From Patescibacteria group bacterium (GTDB lineage: Bacteria; Patescibacteriota; JACPGU01): a DNA stretch of 64,000 bases. Position numbers and translations under genes: made by a program. Shown here piece after piece: positions 63,036-64,000 of this stretch. The stretch spans positions 111,078 to 175,077 of the forward strand of contig JAQULF010000001.1 in assembly GCA_028718745.1 (NCBI GenBank), in the 5' to 3' direction. Position 1 is the first letter of the stretch. Every line of letters begins with the position of its first letter. The notes beneath the pieces are model-generated. The model was not told the DNA's origin. It searched no databases and saw nothing but the letters and a program-made list of their open reading frames with translations.

Positions 63036-64000
63036 ATGAAAAAAATAAAAGAACTAATTAGAAAATTTACTCCCAAGTTTGTTTTCTCCCTGTATTATTT
63101 TCTCTGGTCTTTTGTCGGTGTTCAACTTTACCGAAATCCAAGTGAAGAGATTTTGGTAATTGGAGTTACCGGCACAAATGGCAAAACCACTACGGTCAAT
63201 GCTATCCAGCATATGCTGCAGATGAATGGTTTAAGAGCCGGACTGCTTTCCACAGCCAATTTTAAAATTGGCAATAAAGAATGGGTCAATAAGACCAAAA
63301 ATACCATGTTGGGCAGAATGAAACTGCATAAGATGTTGCGCCGAATGGTTAAAGAAGAATGCAAAGTTGCTATAGTTGAGGTTTCTTCGGAGGGCATTGT
63401 TTCCTATCGAACTTATGGAATCAATTTTGATATTTTAGTTTTTACTAATTTAACGCCGGAGCATATTGAAGCTCATGGCAATTTTGAAAAATATAAAAAA
63501 GCCAAACAGAAGATATTTGCTAATCTCTCAAAAAATAAAAGAAAGAAATTGCCCGGATTTTCTCCGCAAGATTTGAAGAAAACCATTATCGCTAACATAG
63601 ATGATAAATATGCGGATGAATTTTTGAAGTTTGACGCAGAAGCCAAAATAGGATTTGGAGTTGAGAAAGAAAAATCTCTTTTTGCCGATAGAGTGGTTTT
63701 GGCTTCCAATGTCAAAGAAAGTAAAGACGGGTTGGGATTTAATTTAATTATCGAGGATGAAAAAGAAAAAATAGAATCCCCGCTTTTGGGCTCGGTAAAT
63801 GTTTACAATCTTTTGGTGGCCGCATCCGTAGGTTGGTTCTTTGGTTTTTCTCTCGAACAAATCAAGAAAGCATCGGAAAGTTTTATCGGAGTAGCCGGAA
63901 GAATGGAAAAAATTAAAAGTCGCAAGGGATATGATGTCGTAATTGATTACGCGCTCGTTCCCGAATCACTTCAGAAACTTTATTCAACCTTAAGAAGCCT
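63036..64000 (+). CDS. murE: UDP-N-acetylmuramoyl-L-alanyl-D-glutamate--2,6-diaminopimelate ligase MurE, N-terminal part (runs off window end)
   Basis: Mur-ligase P-loop VIGVTGTNGKTTT, EVSSEGI, FTNLTPEHIEAHGNFEKYKKAK parallel E. coli MurE (VTGTNGKTTT / EVSSHGL / FTNLSRDHLDYHG). Confidence 0.7.
   Translation, partial: MKKIKELIRKFTPKFVFSLYYFLWSFVGVQLYRNPSEEILVIGVTGTNGKTTTVNAIQHMLQMNGLRAGLLSTANFKIGNKEWVNKTKNTMLGRMKLHKMLRRMVKEECKVAIVEVSSEGIVSYRTYGINFDILVFTNLTPEHIEAHGNFEKYKKAKQKIFANLSKNKRKKLPGFSPQDLKKTIIANIDDKYADEFLKFDAEAKIGFGVEKEKSLFADRVVLASNVKESKDGLGFNLIIEDEKEKIESPLLGSVNVYNLLVAASVGWFFGFSLEQIKKASESFIGVAGRMEKIKSRKGYDVVIDYALVPESLQKLYSTLRS

Overview
The window is AT-rich overall (roughly mid-30s % GC by eye) with several clearly GC-richer islands. 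Gene content and organisation look like a Patescibacteria/CPR-type bacterial chromosome around the replication origin. Minus-strand genes include an HlyD-like adaptor (partial), rpmH-rnpA-yidD-yidC, and a truncated ClpB-like D1 ATPase. Plus-strand genes include a hrcA-grpE-dnaK-dnaJ heat-shock operon with a near-perfect CIRCE operator, tRNA-Lys(UUU), dnaA-dnaN with a DnaA-box-rich oriC between them, and murE (partial). Inserted between rpmH and dnaA is a complete diversity-generating retroelement (DGR). It comprises an RT with the [IVL]GxxxSQ hallmark, a divergently overlapping Avd, a 107-bp TR, and a GC-rich target gene whose C-terminal VR differs from TR only at TR adenines plus one 3-nt in-frame indel. 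A second notable feature is a family of GC-rich palindromic elements (consensus CC-GTAGGG-[palindromic core]-CCCTAC-AA) inserted in frame inside the DGR RT (x2) and comF (x2-3), and once intergenically, in the manner of Rickettsia palindromic elements. Other content: large secreted cell-wall hydrolases sharing a repeated beta-sandwich domain; an S8 peptidase; a conjugation/T4SS-like module (pilin-like proteins, lysozyme+M15 hydrolase, TolB-like protein, VirB6-like, PrgI-like, VirB4 ATPase) next to a 2231-aa membrane-anchored giant protein; three toxin-antitoxin pairs (PIN/antitoxin, MNT/HepT, BrnT/BrnA); two DinD/Bro-N paralogs; three Avd-like four-helix-bundle genes; a conserved GNRA-tetraloop hairpin in the 5' leaders of several genes; and AT-rich hairpin repeats (MITE-like). 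All calls rest on reading the sequence and recalled family motifs; no database searches were run.
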